Assembly: GCA_973895155.1 (NCBI GenBank)
Contig: OZ316897.1
Coordinates: 6,213,327-6,277,326 of the forward strand
Source of the DNA: Marsupella aquatica
Lineage: Eukaryota > Plantae > Marchantiophyta
Reading direction: 5' to 3'
DNA: 64,000 nt
Both the position numbers and the translations under genes were made by a program. The first letter of the stretch is position 1. Every line of letters starts with the position of its first letter. Below, one piece after another: positions 39,845 through 52,900 of this stretch. The notes beneath the pieces are model-generated. The model made no database searches. It was not told the DNA's origin and saw nothing but the letters and a program-made list of their open reading frames with translations.

Positions 39845-42800
39845 TGTTGTAACTCATACTTGAGTTAAGTCTACCTTTGGGATAACTACCTATGTAACTA
39901 CCCTAACTACTTAGGCCGTAGCCACATGTACATATCCTACCAAGAGTAAAGATGGAACCAACTCTTTGTCTCATTTATCCTACAACACGTTATCAGCACG
40001 ACTCTACGAGGCTGAGCGGAGCAAGGCCATGAATTTTTTTTAAGAAGAAGGGCGAATTGAACAACGAAAAGAAGAAGACATTGATAATCTCATAAGGATC
40101 GAAGCAGGATTAAGAAAGACCGAGTAAGGCAGATCCAGGAAAGAGGACTGAAGGCAACCATTCAACAACTGTGAGCACTTTCAGAAATAAAATTTTTAAC
40201 AAGGACATTGACGAATCAATGAAAGAAGCGCAACATCGTTCGAAGACGATAAGGACAACCTGAGACTGGCTGAATTTTATTTTTTTAGGCCATGACTGAT
40301 TCACTCTAAGACCTGAAGAGGCCGAGCCATGACGGAGCTTTGTTAGAGGGGCAGAGAGAGGTATGAACGAATGTGGCGATGTATCGCTGGAAAAAGCTAA
40401 ATGAACGAGAGAGAGATGGCGGAATTAAGGATTGTGATGTGATGGATAAAGAATTGCGTCATAGCGTGCACAAAATTTGCGGATGAGAGAGTCCTATAGT
40501 GATGCGAGGTGAGGTCATGTCAATCAAGGAAAAAGGGATTGTTATCTCTGAAGGCGGAAGCGGCTAGCTAGAGAAGCCGAAGAGTTTTCATCAGATTCTA
40601 CTAATTCCCTATCTCCACATCGACATTCCTTTCATGTGCATCCATGTGCACAACGTGGGCCTGGCGATGGTGAACTGAACCTTCAAAGTTTTTCCCGCAT
40701 TCCGAGGATTATGAACCGAATGGATTGTTTTCACGAACGCAAGTGAACGCCCTGCTTGATCTGACCTAAAGGAATGACAAAATCATACGCACTGGCTGAG
40801 ATTCAAAGCGCATTCCAATGAATTTTGAAGAAGGAAGAACGACAAAGGCGCTTTGATGAAAGAGAATTTTCCTTTTGAAATTGACCAGACGACCCAATCT
40901 TGAACAAGGGCCCTCACACAAAGCAAGACTTACCGACCGGGCCACCAACTACCTTGAAGTCCACCTGATTCAGAGACACACAAAACTGACTACAGAGAAG
41001 AAGGATCGGACCCAGATACAATTCGGCACACAATGATAAGGACAGGGGAGAAGGAGGCCCGAGTCATTCGAGTACGATACCGCATCCAGAACGATACAAG
41101 TGCCATATCGATTTCGGCAATAAGGATAACAAGGCAGTGACATCGATGGCATTTAGCATGAAATATCGAGGAGGCCCCAGAGATAAGAACCAGAATGTCA
41201 CATCATAGGTAGAGAAGACGGCACAATTCACGGGACACAAACAGACCACCACAGAGCGAAATAGTGATGCATGTGGAGGCGTTGAAATTCGGAAATGAAT
41301 ATGAAGGAATGCAGCAAGAAGTGACTAGAGGGAAGGAATGAAGGAAGGAACCATGCCACAATAAGCGAGTGAAGCAGAAGATTCAGAGGATTTCCCCTTG
41401 TCGAAGGAAGGATTGGGACCAATAACAGAAGATAAGAGAGAGCGCAAACCGGAGAATTATACTGTCGACAACCATGACCAGGCGCAGATGGAGTGAAGGA
41501 CGATAGATAGAGCAGAGGACCACAAAGAAAGAAGGCATACTTGACGTTTAGAGAGCACAAAGGGAACACCTGTAGCTGACGAACAAATCTCGCAACAAAG
41601 AACTTCAAAACTTCGAGAAAACGTCGAGAACATACTGCTAAGTGCAAACCCTCCTTAATTGCAAAATCCGTCAAATAGATTTGCGTATACAAAGAACAAT
41701 GTGCACTGAACCAGGGAAACACACATACTAAGAACGGGGACGAAATGGCATTAAAATGAAAGATATCTATTGGGAATATTACCATATAAGAATTGCCATT
41801 CACAAATTCAGGGGGAGAATTGTTTTTCCCAACGTGCCTACTGCACTTAAAAGTTAAGCTCCGTGCCTACTACACATGGAAACCAATGAGTGCCTACTGC
41901 ACATGGAAGTAAATGACAAATTGAGGGGGAGACCTCAAGTAAGACTTGACATCAAGCAATGTAACCCATGGGATGTGCCTATTGCACAAGTGCCTTTCGC
42001 ACCAACGAATACCTAAAAATGGAACTCTATTCCATGCATATGGCAAATCATGAAATCTAAGGAATTTTTATAAATGATTGAACATGGTGTTAACACAATC
42101 ACTTACCAATACTTGATGAGGTATACTGGATATTAAAGTACCATATGATAATATGAGGTACAGTACCAGGTCATAAGGTACCATAAGGTGAGACATGGCA
42201 TGGTAAGGCACCATAAGAGATGGTGCGCCATACCCCAATATGATAACCCTATGTTGTGGATATGGTACGTGATGTGGTGCAAATAGGTTATACCCACACC
42301 AAGTCTAGGGTTGGACACCCAATCCAATTCCAAGGCCATGGATTACACCATCTCATCTTCATTTTGTACTAATACTTTGCTTTGTCATGGCATGTAATCG
42401 GTGACCATCAAGGAATCTCCATTTCCAGATTGGAAGATCTTCAACAAGCCTATAGTGCTGACAAGCACCTTAAGAGACTTTGTAGAAATTACACATACAC
42501 TATATGCTTAAACCCAATTATGTTACACCCATGGGGATGGTAATACTCTTTCCTCCCACAAAGAAAGTAGGGGAGGTTTTAATGAGGTTACATCCCCCAC
42601 TTACACTTTACCATACAACATGAATTATAAGACATCTATTAGGAGAAGCTTTTCATTTATAGTAGACTTGAGATGGCTACACCATTCATAAAATAGGCTA
42701 GACATCAACAAAACCTATTGTATGTACCATTGAGTATACCCAAAATAGACTCTTGATTGTAACATTTCAACCCCAATGTTACAAAGGGGAGTGTTGTAAC

Positions 42801-42934
42801 TCATACTTGAGTTAAGTCTACCTTTGGGATAACTACCTATGTAACTACCCTAACTACTTAGGCCGTAGCCACATGTACATATCCTACCAAGAGTAAAGAT
42901 GGAACCAACTCTTTGTCTCGTTTATCCTACAACA
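39845..42934 (+). mobile_element. Non-autonomous LTR retrotransposon (Bianca-like PBS)
   Basis: 143-bp LTRs at 39845-39987 and 42792-42934 (1 mismatch seen). TSD AGGAG. PBS CGTTATCAGCACG. PPT AAAGGGGAG. No intact gag-pol. Confidence 0.93.
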
Positions 42935-43207
42935 AGGAGCACTTTGTTTAGAGATCTTACTCATGTTAAGCCCATTAGATAGTAAAAATGGGTGCCAGCC
43001 CTGGATATTCATTGTAAGTTTGGACACAATTGTATATAATTATTTTCACACATTATCAATCAATGGTCCTTGCTTGGGCTTCTTTGTGCGGAAATGTTTT
43101 TACAAGTATGATCTCTATCCCATGGTTCTTTGTGAACTAATAAGTAATATAATACTATCATAATTAATATAATATAATATATTAATATAATACTAATAAG
43201 ATTTGGC

Positions 43208-43325
43208 CTATAAAGTGTACATTTAGGTATCAAAAAGTGTACATTTTGGCTTCTTAAAGTGTACATTTGGGGACATAAAAGTGTACATTTCAGGACTGAT
43301 TTGTGAACAAAAGAAAATACACTTT
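43208..43325. repeat. Right subterminal repeats AAAGTGTACATTT
   Basis: Four to five copies next to the right TIR. Confidence 0.85.
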
Positions 43326-45024
43326 TAATGAATAGGCTGATCTAAACTAATTAAAATAAAAGTCAACTTTGACTAAGGGGTAATCAAATAGTCAAAGCTA
43401 AGTAAAAGTCTACAAAATAAAATACTAATCTCATACTGTAATAGGAGGAGGGTCGACTACAAGTAGAGGGAGGCAATCTACATAACCAAGGGCTATATTC
43501 CCTTTGGTCCTCTGTCCCTTCAAATACTATCGACAGAAAAGGTCCTCACGATAACGAATCAAACGGGGCTCACTGGTCTTCCTGATGGGATGTCCGTCCG
43601 GTCCAATCCAAACAAAGTAATCTGATGGCCATGGAATGTCTGGAGCTGGAAGAGGGAAAGGTGCAATGACCTTTCTATAGTGATAAACCCAACTCCAAAG
43701 GTCAGGAGTTTCAATCGTGAGTAGTCTCAGCTTGTCTATAGGTAGCCATAGAATACCACAAGAAATCGGAACCATGTCGTAAGTGTGTGGAAAAGGGAAA
43801 GACTCACAACCAAACATAAGTGGAGGTAAAGGAGGTGCAAGAGGAGTGTGTGCGTCGATGAGTGACGTAATCATCCTATCAAACTAGGCGGGAAAGACAA
43901 AAAGAGGCTCAATGTCAGAAACAGAAGAGACAATAGGAGGCTGAAACATCAGAGGAGTAGGAGCTATAAATGGTACACTGGAATGCTCTACAGTCTTAGG
44001 CTTAGGCTCGGTCTCGGGAATAGGCTCATGGATGTCGATGATTCTTGTCTCTCGCGCTCGGGAATTCAATCATTGCCTCTCTTGGTGATATAGGCGCTCG
44101 CTCTTGGTGATACCAAACGCCCGCTGTCGGTGATTCTCTTGGTGATTCTCCAGGAGCTTTGTGATATCTCTTACTTGTGTCACTATCATCTTTGCTCATG
44201 GACGGTATGCAGAGGATGCAGCCCGATAATGGGAAGCGTCCCATTGTAGAGGAAGAGGAGACCACAGAGCAAGAGTCTGAGACGTATGTTTTTGCCACTT
44301 TGGACATCCAAAATAGGAATAGCCTCCCACTGAATGAGGGAATGAGTTCAGGGGAGAGGAACATTCCATGGCTCAGGGATGAGCCCGCTCTTCCGTTCGA
44401 AGATCGGTTCTTCTTCCATGTTCCGTCCGATCCTGCCATATTTTGGCCCCGTCGTCTAGAGCTTCGAAAGTACGAGGTGTTGGGATCTCCTGATTTCCAG
44501 GATTGGAATTTTGCAAGCGGGAGCAGCCAAAGGCCTGTATACAGAGCCCCAAGTCAAGCATTTAGTCAGAGGAGGGAGCATAGTTTCACACAAGACATAT
44601 ACCGTCAAGCAACTGGTGTCCTGGATGAAGAGATGTCTTCTAATTTGGCAAAGTCCCGTCCTGATCCTAACCAGAAGGAGTAGGATCAATACTGGCAGAT
44701 TCTTCATCTCTAGTGATAGAGGCATAATTTAGGTTAAGATACTGTGACAATTTTGGTAGCGATCTTTGCTAGCATCCAGTGTATGTTTTTTCCATGGAAT
44801 ATATAAAGAGTTTTAAATTAACTTGTCTTGGTGTATCAATTGGACATCCTAACGGATACAAAACAAACGACAAAATATTTAATGCCACGGTTGTTACCGT
44901 TTCAAAATTTGAGAGTCGTTTGAGCTTTCGACGGACAACGATTACCAATTTAGGGTTGAGGAACACCCCTTTCATTCTGTGACATTGTCCAAGATTTCCA
45001 TTGCACTCAATCTACGTTTTCCAA

Positions 45025-48000
45025 ATGGCATCCCAAATCAGAATTGTGCGGGAATCTACTAGGGATGTGATATTTCTTCCTATTTTTTCATTGACTGGAG
45101 AGCAAATCGTGAGTGAAACTTATCTAGGTCAACGACTTGGATGTCAGGGGCCATTCATCCAAGATGTACTCGGGAGGAGGGAGGATTCCATTTTGAGTCC
45201 TGCCCGGATTGAGCCTTCGAGTGTCCATAGCGTTCGACATTGGAGCTTGAAAACTGGTTCTGTGTACTCTCTGGTTACAAAAATTGACCCATCCCCGGAG
45301 AGTGTAGAAGCAGACATTGATGTTTGTGAAATCAAAACTGAGTCTCTAGATAAAGTTTCTCCGGTTTATCGAGTGAGTGCGTGTGACATGATATTGAGGG
45401 TTAAAGGCTCCAGTGAGATATCTCGCTTTGTCCGTAAGTTCTTGGAGTCGGGAGAGGATGTCAAACATGTTCAATTTCTTCCCAAAGATTACAATGGGGA
45501 CTCAATTTTTGAGCTTCCCCCAGTTGATTCAGCCACTAAAAGAGGATCTGGGCTCAGATACATGGATCGAGAGAATGATTGCTATCATTGGACTAGAATT
45601 ATTCCAACTTCTGCGAATGTCTTTCCAAAAGATTTGTATCAGTTCGCAAAAGTCTGATGCTCTGGGTCTATTGAATGTCAAAATGGGAAGTGTGCATTCT
45701 TAGATAAGGGCAAAGGAAGGAATTGAGTGTCCTGGGCTGGAAGGGCAAAAGGAGAACGAGTCCACAAGACTGGTGAAGCAGTTTCTCCTAGAGGAATAGT
45801 ATGTTTTCATTGTGACCAACCGCCTATATGTGTGGAGATGTGTCCCGCCTTAATGTTTTACATGTACCCACTTTCCTCGGTGGATAAGGGAAATGTGAGA
45901 TTCATGTTGAGGCTTGCAATGCATGTCGGATACCACATCCACCCACCAAATAGTTTTGTTTCGAGGGAGGCCATGATTGCTGCAGAGTCGGTCATCCGAG
46001 ACCATCATTTAGTGAACCCCCTGGCCACACCAGCTCAACTAAAAATTGATGCAACGGAGTCATTGATGTCACACTTGGCTCCAGAGAGTGCCGCTGGGAT
46101 TTCTGTCCAGGACATTCAGGATATTTGGAGCTCATTGAGTGCTCTTGCGTCCAAAGAGAAGTTCCAAGCCATCTTGCCGAACGTCAACATGGAGAATCCC
46201 TTGAAAAGGGAGTTTGACTCGATTTGGGACATGCAAAGGAACATTCATTTTCCTTACATCCAGAGATTTCTATTTCCCGGTCAAGGCTCTATTACTGATC
46301 AAGGTCATGTTTTCAAGATGAGCGTCAAAGTTTCGGGTTGTGGATTGGATATTCTTCAAAGAATGAGAAAAAGGGGTTCTCTGGAAGGATCATGGGTTAG
46401 TTTTGATGTTATGCATTGGATTACTACTGGCTGGCTGACATTTAGTGTGCACGTTTATGATCATAATATCCATGCCCTCTGCACAATATTTACTTGTGAG
46501 CTGAAGTCTGAATGTTGTGAATCATTGTCTACGACTTGGAGGTTGATGGTAAGTGTTGCATCCAAAAATGGTTTGCATGACATTACCATCCATGGTTTCA
46601 TGGTAGATAATGCCACCGCAGGGTGGAATGCGGTTTGGAATGTATTCTGGCAAGGTCTCCCTAATCCAAAAAAAGAAAGGTCTGATGCTTTTCATTTCTT
46701 CCAATCACTCCGGAGGCATACCCGTGAAGGTATTTTGGAAAAAAATCATGATGAGCATTATGCTTTATGGGACCGTTTGAGGAACGCCTTCACGTACGTC
46801 GAAGCTTACAGAATTTCTTTGGATATCAAGGAGTGGTGGCAATCCGAGAATTGTATTCTAGGGAAACTTTGCTATCTGCAAGGATGGATTTCCTGGTGGG
46901 TCGTTCGATGGAGACACTGGGGGAACTATATCAGGCTGGTATGGTCTTAATCCCAACTCAATTTTTCATGGTCTTCTCATCAAAATATTGCAAGTGACCT
47001 TCGCTAACATTGGTGGAATCCGTTACTTACGTTGATTTTGCTGATGTGTTTTGTTTCAGTCGGCGGATGCTCTAGAGTCTGCAAGAATGCCAAATTGCAT
47101 TGGTTCGGAATCTGTCCACGCTTCCATGCGTGCTTCCCAACCCAAAAAGAAAGTGACTCTAGTGGAGGCTTGCAAAGTTGACTCCAATCGTGCTGCCTTC
47201 CAAGTTGCTTGCTACATCGGATTTGAGTCCGGTGTGAGTAGAGGTACAGGGCCTACAATTTTTGAGCTTGCATTTTGCCATGCAGATATGGTTGGTTCTA
47301 CTTCCGCTCATGAGAAAGCAACCAATTATTTGATGGAAGCTAATGGGAAGTTTGATCTTCTATGGACTGGGCCATTAAATGGTGATTTGCAAACAAAATC
47401 AACAAAGAGGAAGGGAATTGCGAGTGACAAAATCTCTGACCAGGACTCTCATCAACATGACACGGGTCTTCTTACATCCCCTGCTAAGACTACGTCAAGG
47501 AGACGAAATCTAAACTCTATTGAGTTTAGTCTTAATTATACAAGAGGGCCGCCAACATCAATGGATCGGCCCGAGGGAGCTTCAATACCAGAGGTTGTCA
47601 ATTTGTCTGAGAGTGAATCATTTGAGGTCCTTTGGACTCCGCCCAAATGCGTCGCTACTCGTTCAACTCCTACTCCTACCCCTACACCTGTAGTCCCACA
47701 GCCCGTTGCCGAGTCAAGTGCTCCGTTGACATGCCATGAAGTAAGAGTTCCCCAAGGGAGTTGGTATATAGGTAGAATGTCTTCCAAAGGGGTCGGCCCA
47801 AAGTGCTGTGGGTTTCTTGGTAGGTCTGCAACTCGAGAGGAATGTCGAATTCTGTGAAAAAAGTATCGTTTCCGGACCCAAGGGGCCGCGTGGCTATTGC
47901 GGTTTTTGCTGCACACAGGATTTTTGGATCAAACGTACCTCGAGTTACTTGGTTCTGTCTGAATAATGTTTGTTTTTGAGGAAAGCACGACGTTCCATTG

Positions 48001-48580
48001 TTTCCTTACCACCAATTCCTGATGTTTTGCCTGTTATGCTAGGGACCAGTCTTGCTAGTGAGGAAATTATGTTCCTCACTGAGAAAGGGCTTTCCTTGGA
48101 TTTAGGCATGCAAACTAATCCCTCTGGAAGAGAACATGTGACAAATGTCTCCCCATCGGTGAGTGCCCCTTCACCTCTGGAGTTACGAATTAATGTCAGT
48201 ACATTTTGTGAGATGGTAAACTTGAATGACCCGTTGCATCAATTTTCAAGTCAAAATGGGAAGTCAATTTGCATGAGGGTCACTCTTTCGAGCATTTGAA
48301 ACGCATCAAATCATTAGAGGAGGAGCAAATGCGAGTATTGACAGAGAACATCATCGAGTTGTTGGGGAAAACAATTGTTTGTTACAACACACGAGACAGA
48401 CGGAAGGATACCAAAAAGATATTGGGTCCAAGTTTGCTGTTTTCCATCATGCTCCTGTGACAATTTCTTCAATCGCCATACACGAGGTCTTTCATATGTT
48501 CCTTGCAAACATTTATATTGAGTTTTTTGTTATCGCTTTAATGTTAGTGTTCGAGAAAAAATTTATGTCAGCCAACTAGC
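45025..48580 (+). pseudogene. MULE-like DDE transposase with GCM/WRKY-like zinc domain and C-terminal SWIM finger
   Basis: CSGSIECQNGKC, CFHC..C..CPA..HVGYHIHP (GCM-like). SFDVMH, GFMVDNA, DAFHFFQS and SESVHA (D, D, CxxH-equivalent, E). SWIM PSCSCDNF...VPCKHLY at 48441-48518. Stops and frameshifts. Confidence 0.78.
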
Positions 48581-49921
48581 CCTTAGCTTGTCCGAGGTGA
48601 GGTATATTTTGAAGATGTAGGGAAAAGTTGTATTGCATGAAAATTTGATTTTCATGCCTAGCCGAGAATTATATCCGGCTTATTATGAAATTTTTTTTTA
48701 TCTTTGAATCTATTTTATTGTCCATGAGTGGTTAATGTGTAAAGTTTTTGGAGTGATCAATGTTGGGGTCTAATATTGTTGGCGATCTTCGCTAACAATA
48801 AGTCTCCCTACAAAACATACCAAATATGAGAGTGTACCCGATAATTGATACACTAAATCATTCGACAATAGTATATGTTAATATTGCTAGCAAGGATATA
48901 TTCTTGTTATCCTGGCTTAATTACAATGCTGCAAAGTGAACATATGAGGACAATTTATCCCCAAAATTGCACAAATTTTCCTTATACCAGGAGTTTTTTT
49001 TCCTAATAACAGTAAAATTTCTCCTTTTTCCTAACATCGTTAGTATACCCTTGCAAAAGTGTTTGTGAATAGTTTGAGTGAATTCTATCTATCCTGAAAA
49101 CAAGGAATAAGAATAAGAATATGACTTGATTGATTTTAAGGAGTGAATTAAAACAATATTTGTTAAACCATCTACTATCTACAAAAAGCACCTTAGCTTA
49201 AACCAATAAGGAATAGAATGATTGAATAGAGAAAATTGTTTGTTTTAAAGAAGCTAAAGTACGGAAGGAATATTATGTCGAATAGAACCTCTTAACTCGA
49301 ATTGAAACACATTAAGAAAACTGATACACATGTGATTAAAAGAAAGTAAAAAAGTCCCTAAAATATGTAAGAAACTAAGTTTTCATACCGTCATTAATGG
49401 TTCCCCGGACATCGGGAGTACCTATTGCTGACCTATTTACCAATGTCTGTTGAGACTGAGTTAGGATACTAAACTCAAGTGGGGAGTTTTAGATCCTGAA
49501 GGGTTACTTACCGAGGTGCTTGGTTGCTTGTGCAGATAGTGAGTACCTTTGAGTAGTGGTCGTGTTGAAAAGTAAGTGCGGCTTTGTATGGGAGGGGCCG
49601 TTGGTGGTGCTAGGGGCACTAGGGTGCTTGCTCAAAATATTCCGTGAAGGCACTCGGGCACCAAGGGCACTTAAGCAGGGGCACTTAGACATGAGTACTG
49701 AGATTAATGAAAGCACTAGATGACTAGGTACACCACTACTTTCGATTGTTTTCTCTTGATTCTCATCGTCACTTCTTGAGATAGTAAACTCGGCATTGCG
49801 TGAGCCATTGCGAGGTTGAGGTGTGCGTTGTCTTCGGCTTTGGGCTTTGGGTTTTGACAAATTGGAGACGCTCAGGTTGTTTAGGGCTCCGCTTCAGCTT
49901 GTGGCAGAATTTGGCAATTAA

Positions 49922-52900
49922 GATGAGAAAGGGGAAGGGAGTAGCGAGCGCTACTGACACTCCCAAGCCAGCAGCGGAGACAAAAGCAACGTCCACCGGA
50001 AGTTGTTCACGGGGTTCTACAGTATCAAATCAAAGCACGCGATCAAGAACTGCTCTAGGTACTGAGCATGTAGAGCTCCCACATAAGAAGCTGGAGCCAA
50101 AAATGCTGAGCTTTGAATCTGTTCCCGTAGCACGGTTGGTAGAGATTGGAGAGAAGGGTGCGTTTGAGTCCATAATTTCAAAGTACATTGTTTCATTTGG
50201 AGTTGATTCTGAAGGAAGGCCTCGAAATCCGCCCCGAATTCCTCTATGCCGGTTAATGACGATGGAGTCAGTGCAAACTCTTCAAAAGCATTTGGTTTCA
50301 AAGATGAAGATTGATTTTCAGAGGAATGGGTATGTGCCAAAGTTGTCTGAATTTCACATTACAGAGTTTGACGATCATGGGACTTCCTTTCCCATCTCTG
50401 AGTTTGAGGCAGGCTGGGGTCCGCTATGGACAAAAGCCAACAAAGAGTTTGAAACAGAATGCAACGCCGTTGAGGAGTTTGAGGTGTTCTGGGTGTTCGA
50501 CGGAAACCATCGGTTGAATGCTTGGTCTGAAGTAGCAAAAGCAAACCCGAACATCTCAAAGTATCACATTCGTGTGCGCTTTTTGGTTGTTGATCCTTAG
50601 AACGATGGCTTCAAGAAGATTGAACAAGCCATGCACGCCCTCAACGCGTAAGTAAAGCCAACCACATCTGTCATTTTCATGTATGCGGGAAGTTATCTCA
50701 GAGAGGGTCGCCAAGAATAACTTGATACAGTGGACCGCATCTGGAAAATCCGCAGTTCTGACATTTGAATGTTGAACGCAGGATAAGTGCTAATGTTGTG
50801 AAGACTTCATGGCTGACTGACGCCAATTGGGCAGTGAGGCTCCTCACAACACATATCGGTCGCTCATGTCCGATGAGTTGTATGCAACTTTTGAGAAATC
50901 TTGGTCTCATGGCCATGGGAAGACATGGTATTCAAAGAACATGACCAAGGAATCTGTTGTGTACATAATGTCATGGTCCAACATTGAAACAGGGAGAATC
51001 AATATCGCTAAGCAAATGGTGGTAGATGCGGATGTGGGGTATCCGTGGAGTGAAGCTCGGTTCAAGCAGGAGAGCACAAAGATGACCAAGGAAGCTTGCA
51101 AAGCATGGGAAGGCAAGATGGCAAAGTTGGCAGCCGTAGTCAATCCTGCAAATGGATCCGAGTTCATAGAGATATGTACTGAGCTCCACCTGAAATCACT
51201 GGAGGCTGAGCTGACTGAAGGGCATGCAATTCAGGTTGGCTTGGACAGAGTACAAATGTTCGCTGCTGCAATAGTCACTGCTGAGTGCAGGAACAAGCTA
51301 CTACGTGCTCAGCTCCTCTCATAGCTTGGATGTCCGCTAAAGGCGTGCATTCAATGTATCCAGCAGCTGGGCTTACTCCTAAAGGGCGGATTATCTCCGA
51401 GTGGGAGCTGTTGAATTGTCCATGGTACCTTGAGTATCAGGTCTGGAACGTGTACACCGATGATGAAGAGGCAATTGCTGAAGTCCTGAAAGGTGGGTCT
51501 GTCCCTTATGATCGGTACTCTCTAGCAAAGTTGTTACCGCTAGAAGAGTCTGTTGAGGCAGCTAAGGAGTTGGAGCTTCTCATACCACATGGAGACCCCG
51601 AGTACAATGGAAAGAAAGTGCACAAAGTGGTGTCAGAGAAGAAGCCCGACAGCTTCTCAGACAAGTCTGATCCTACCACAACAAAAACTCCAACAAAGAA
51701 TCCAATAGGTATTCACATTACATCCAACTCTATGGTACTATTGTCTTGTAGGTATGTGAAACTGCTTACCCTTGGCTTGACAAACGTTTCATTTGTACAG
51801 GTGCTCAAAGCCCACGGTCTGTGCAGAGCAAGGCACAGAAATGCAAGCGCAAGGTAGCTTTGAATGAAGTGGAAGCCTCAGAACAGGAAGAGGTTGTAGT
51901 GCCCGCTGATGGAGACCAGAATGAAGCGGAGAAGCTAGCAGCAAAACAGATTCTAGAACCTGCAAAAACTAGGAAGCAAGCAGAGGAAGACAACTGTGAG
52001 TTAGTTGGAGTGCAACGCACAGACAACCTCCTCGCTTCTACCTTCCGGTACCAGCACATGAAGTTTACCCCGTTGGAGTTTAGTGGCTGTTTGAAACCAA
52101 TCCAGAGTCAGGCGTGCATCCAATTCTTAGTAGTTTTAGGCTATGGTGCAAAGAAATTCAGGCTGATGGGTTCAGAAACAATGGTTGGAAAATCAGGGGC
52201 AACATGAGAAAAGCTGGCGCGGACCTTATAATTCTCCACTTAGGGACCGGGCAAACGCTGAATGAGACTGAATCTGAGGTTCCGCGCTAGAACCGCTTCC
52301 GTTTGAAGGATGCCGAGAGTGTTCTTGAGGTTGCAAAATATTACCTCACAGATGAGGGAGTTGTGTGTATTTTGCACAGTGGTTCGATGGTGAATTCTGC
52401 AAAGTTGTACAATTTGCTTCAGGACGCTGATTATGCGTACTTTGAAATGCAAGAGTCTTTCTTTATTTGGATTGAAACCCCATCATTCTTAAAGACGGGG
52501 AAAAAAGTAAGTACCCTAAACCCGCGTTCATTACTGCATCTTGCTTTTTGCCTGTGCGGAGTCTCAGAACTGTTGAACATCCAGTGGACTTGGTTTTGGC
52601 ATCTCAAAGACCCTCTGAGATGAGTTTCAATCTTTGCTCGGCATTTCTTAGCCATTTCACTCGGAACTGGGACTTTGGCATCTTGGAGACCCTCTCCGAG
52701 ATGAGTTTTTGTCTTTGGTCATTGCATCTCCGCTGATCACTCGGAACTGGACTTAGTTTTGGCATCTCGGAGACCGTCTTCGAGATGAGTTTCCTTTGCT
52801 CATTGCCTTTCTTTTTGCCATTTGCCTATGGGAACTGTTCTATGATACGGTTTGGCATTCGGAGACCCTCTCCAAGAGCGTCTGCTCATTGCATTTCTTT

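Larger units (their letters stand above)
27479..43340. mobile_element. 15.9-kb cargo-carrying TIR DNA transposon (Sola/DUF7869-like transposase)
   Basis: TIRs TCAACCTATTCATTAAAAGTATATT / TCAGCCTATTCATTAAAAGTGTATT (23/25). TSD TCTAAA at 27473-27478 and 43341-43346. An empty homologous site is visible at ~3731-3745. Confidence 0.92.

Noticed and set aside
40000-42790. Coding genes inside the small LTR element
   Set aside because: Only short antisense low-complexity ORFs; no gag, RT or integrase motifs recognised.
27479-43340. CACTA/En-Spm classification because of the TNP1-like domains
   Set aside because: The termini are TCA...TGA with a 6-bp TSD, and the catalytic motifs are not Transposase_21-like.
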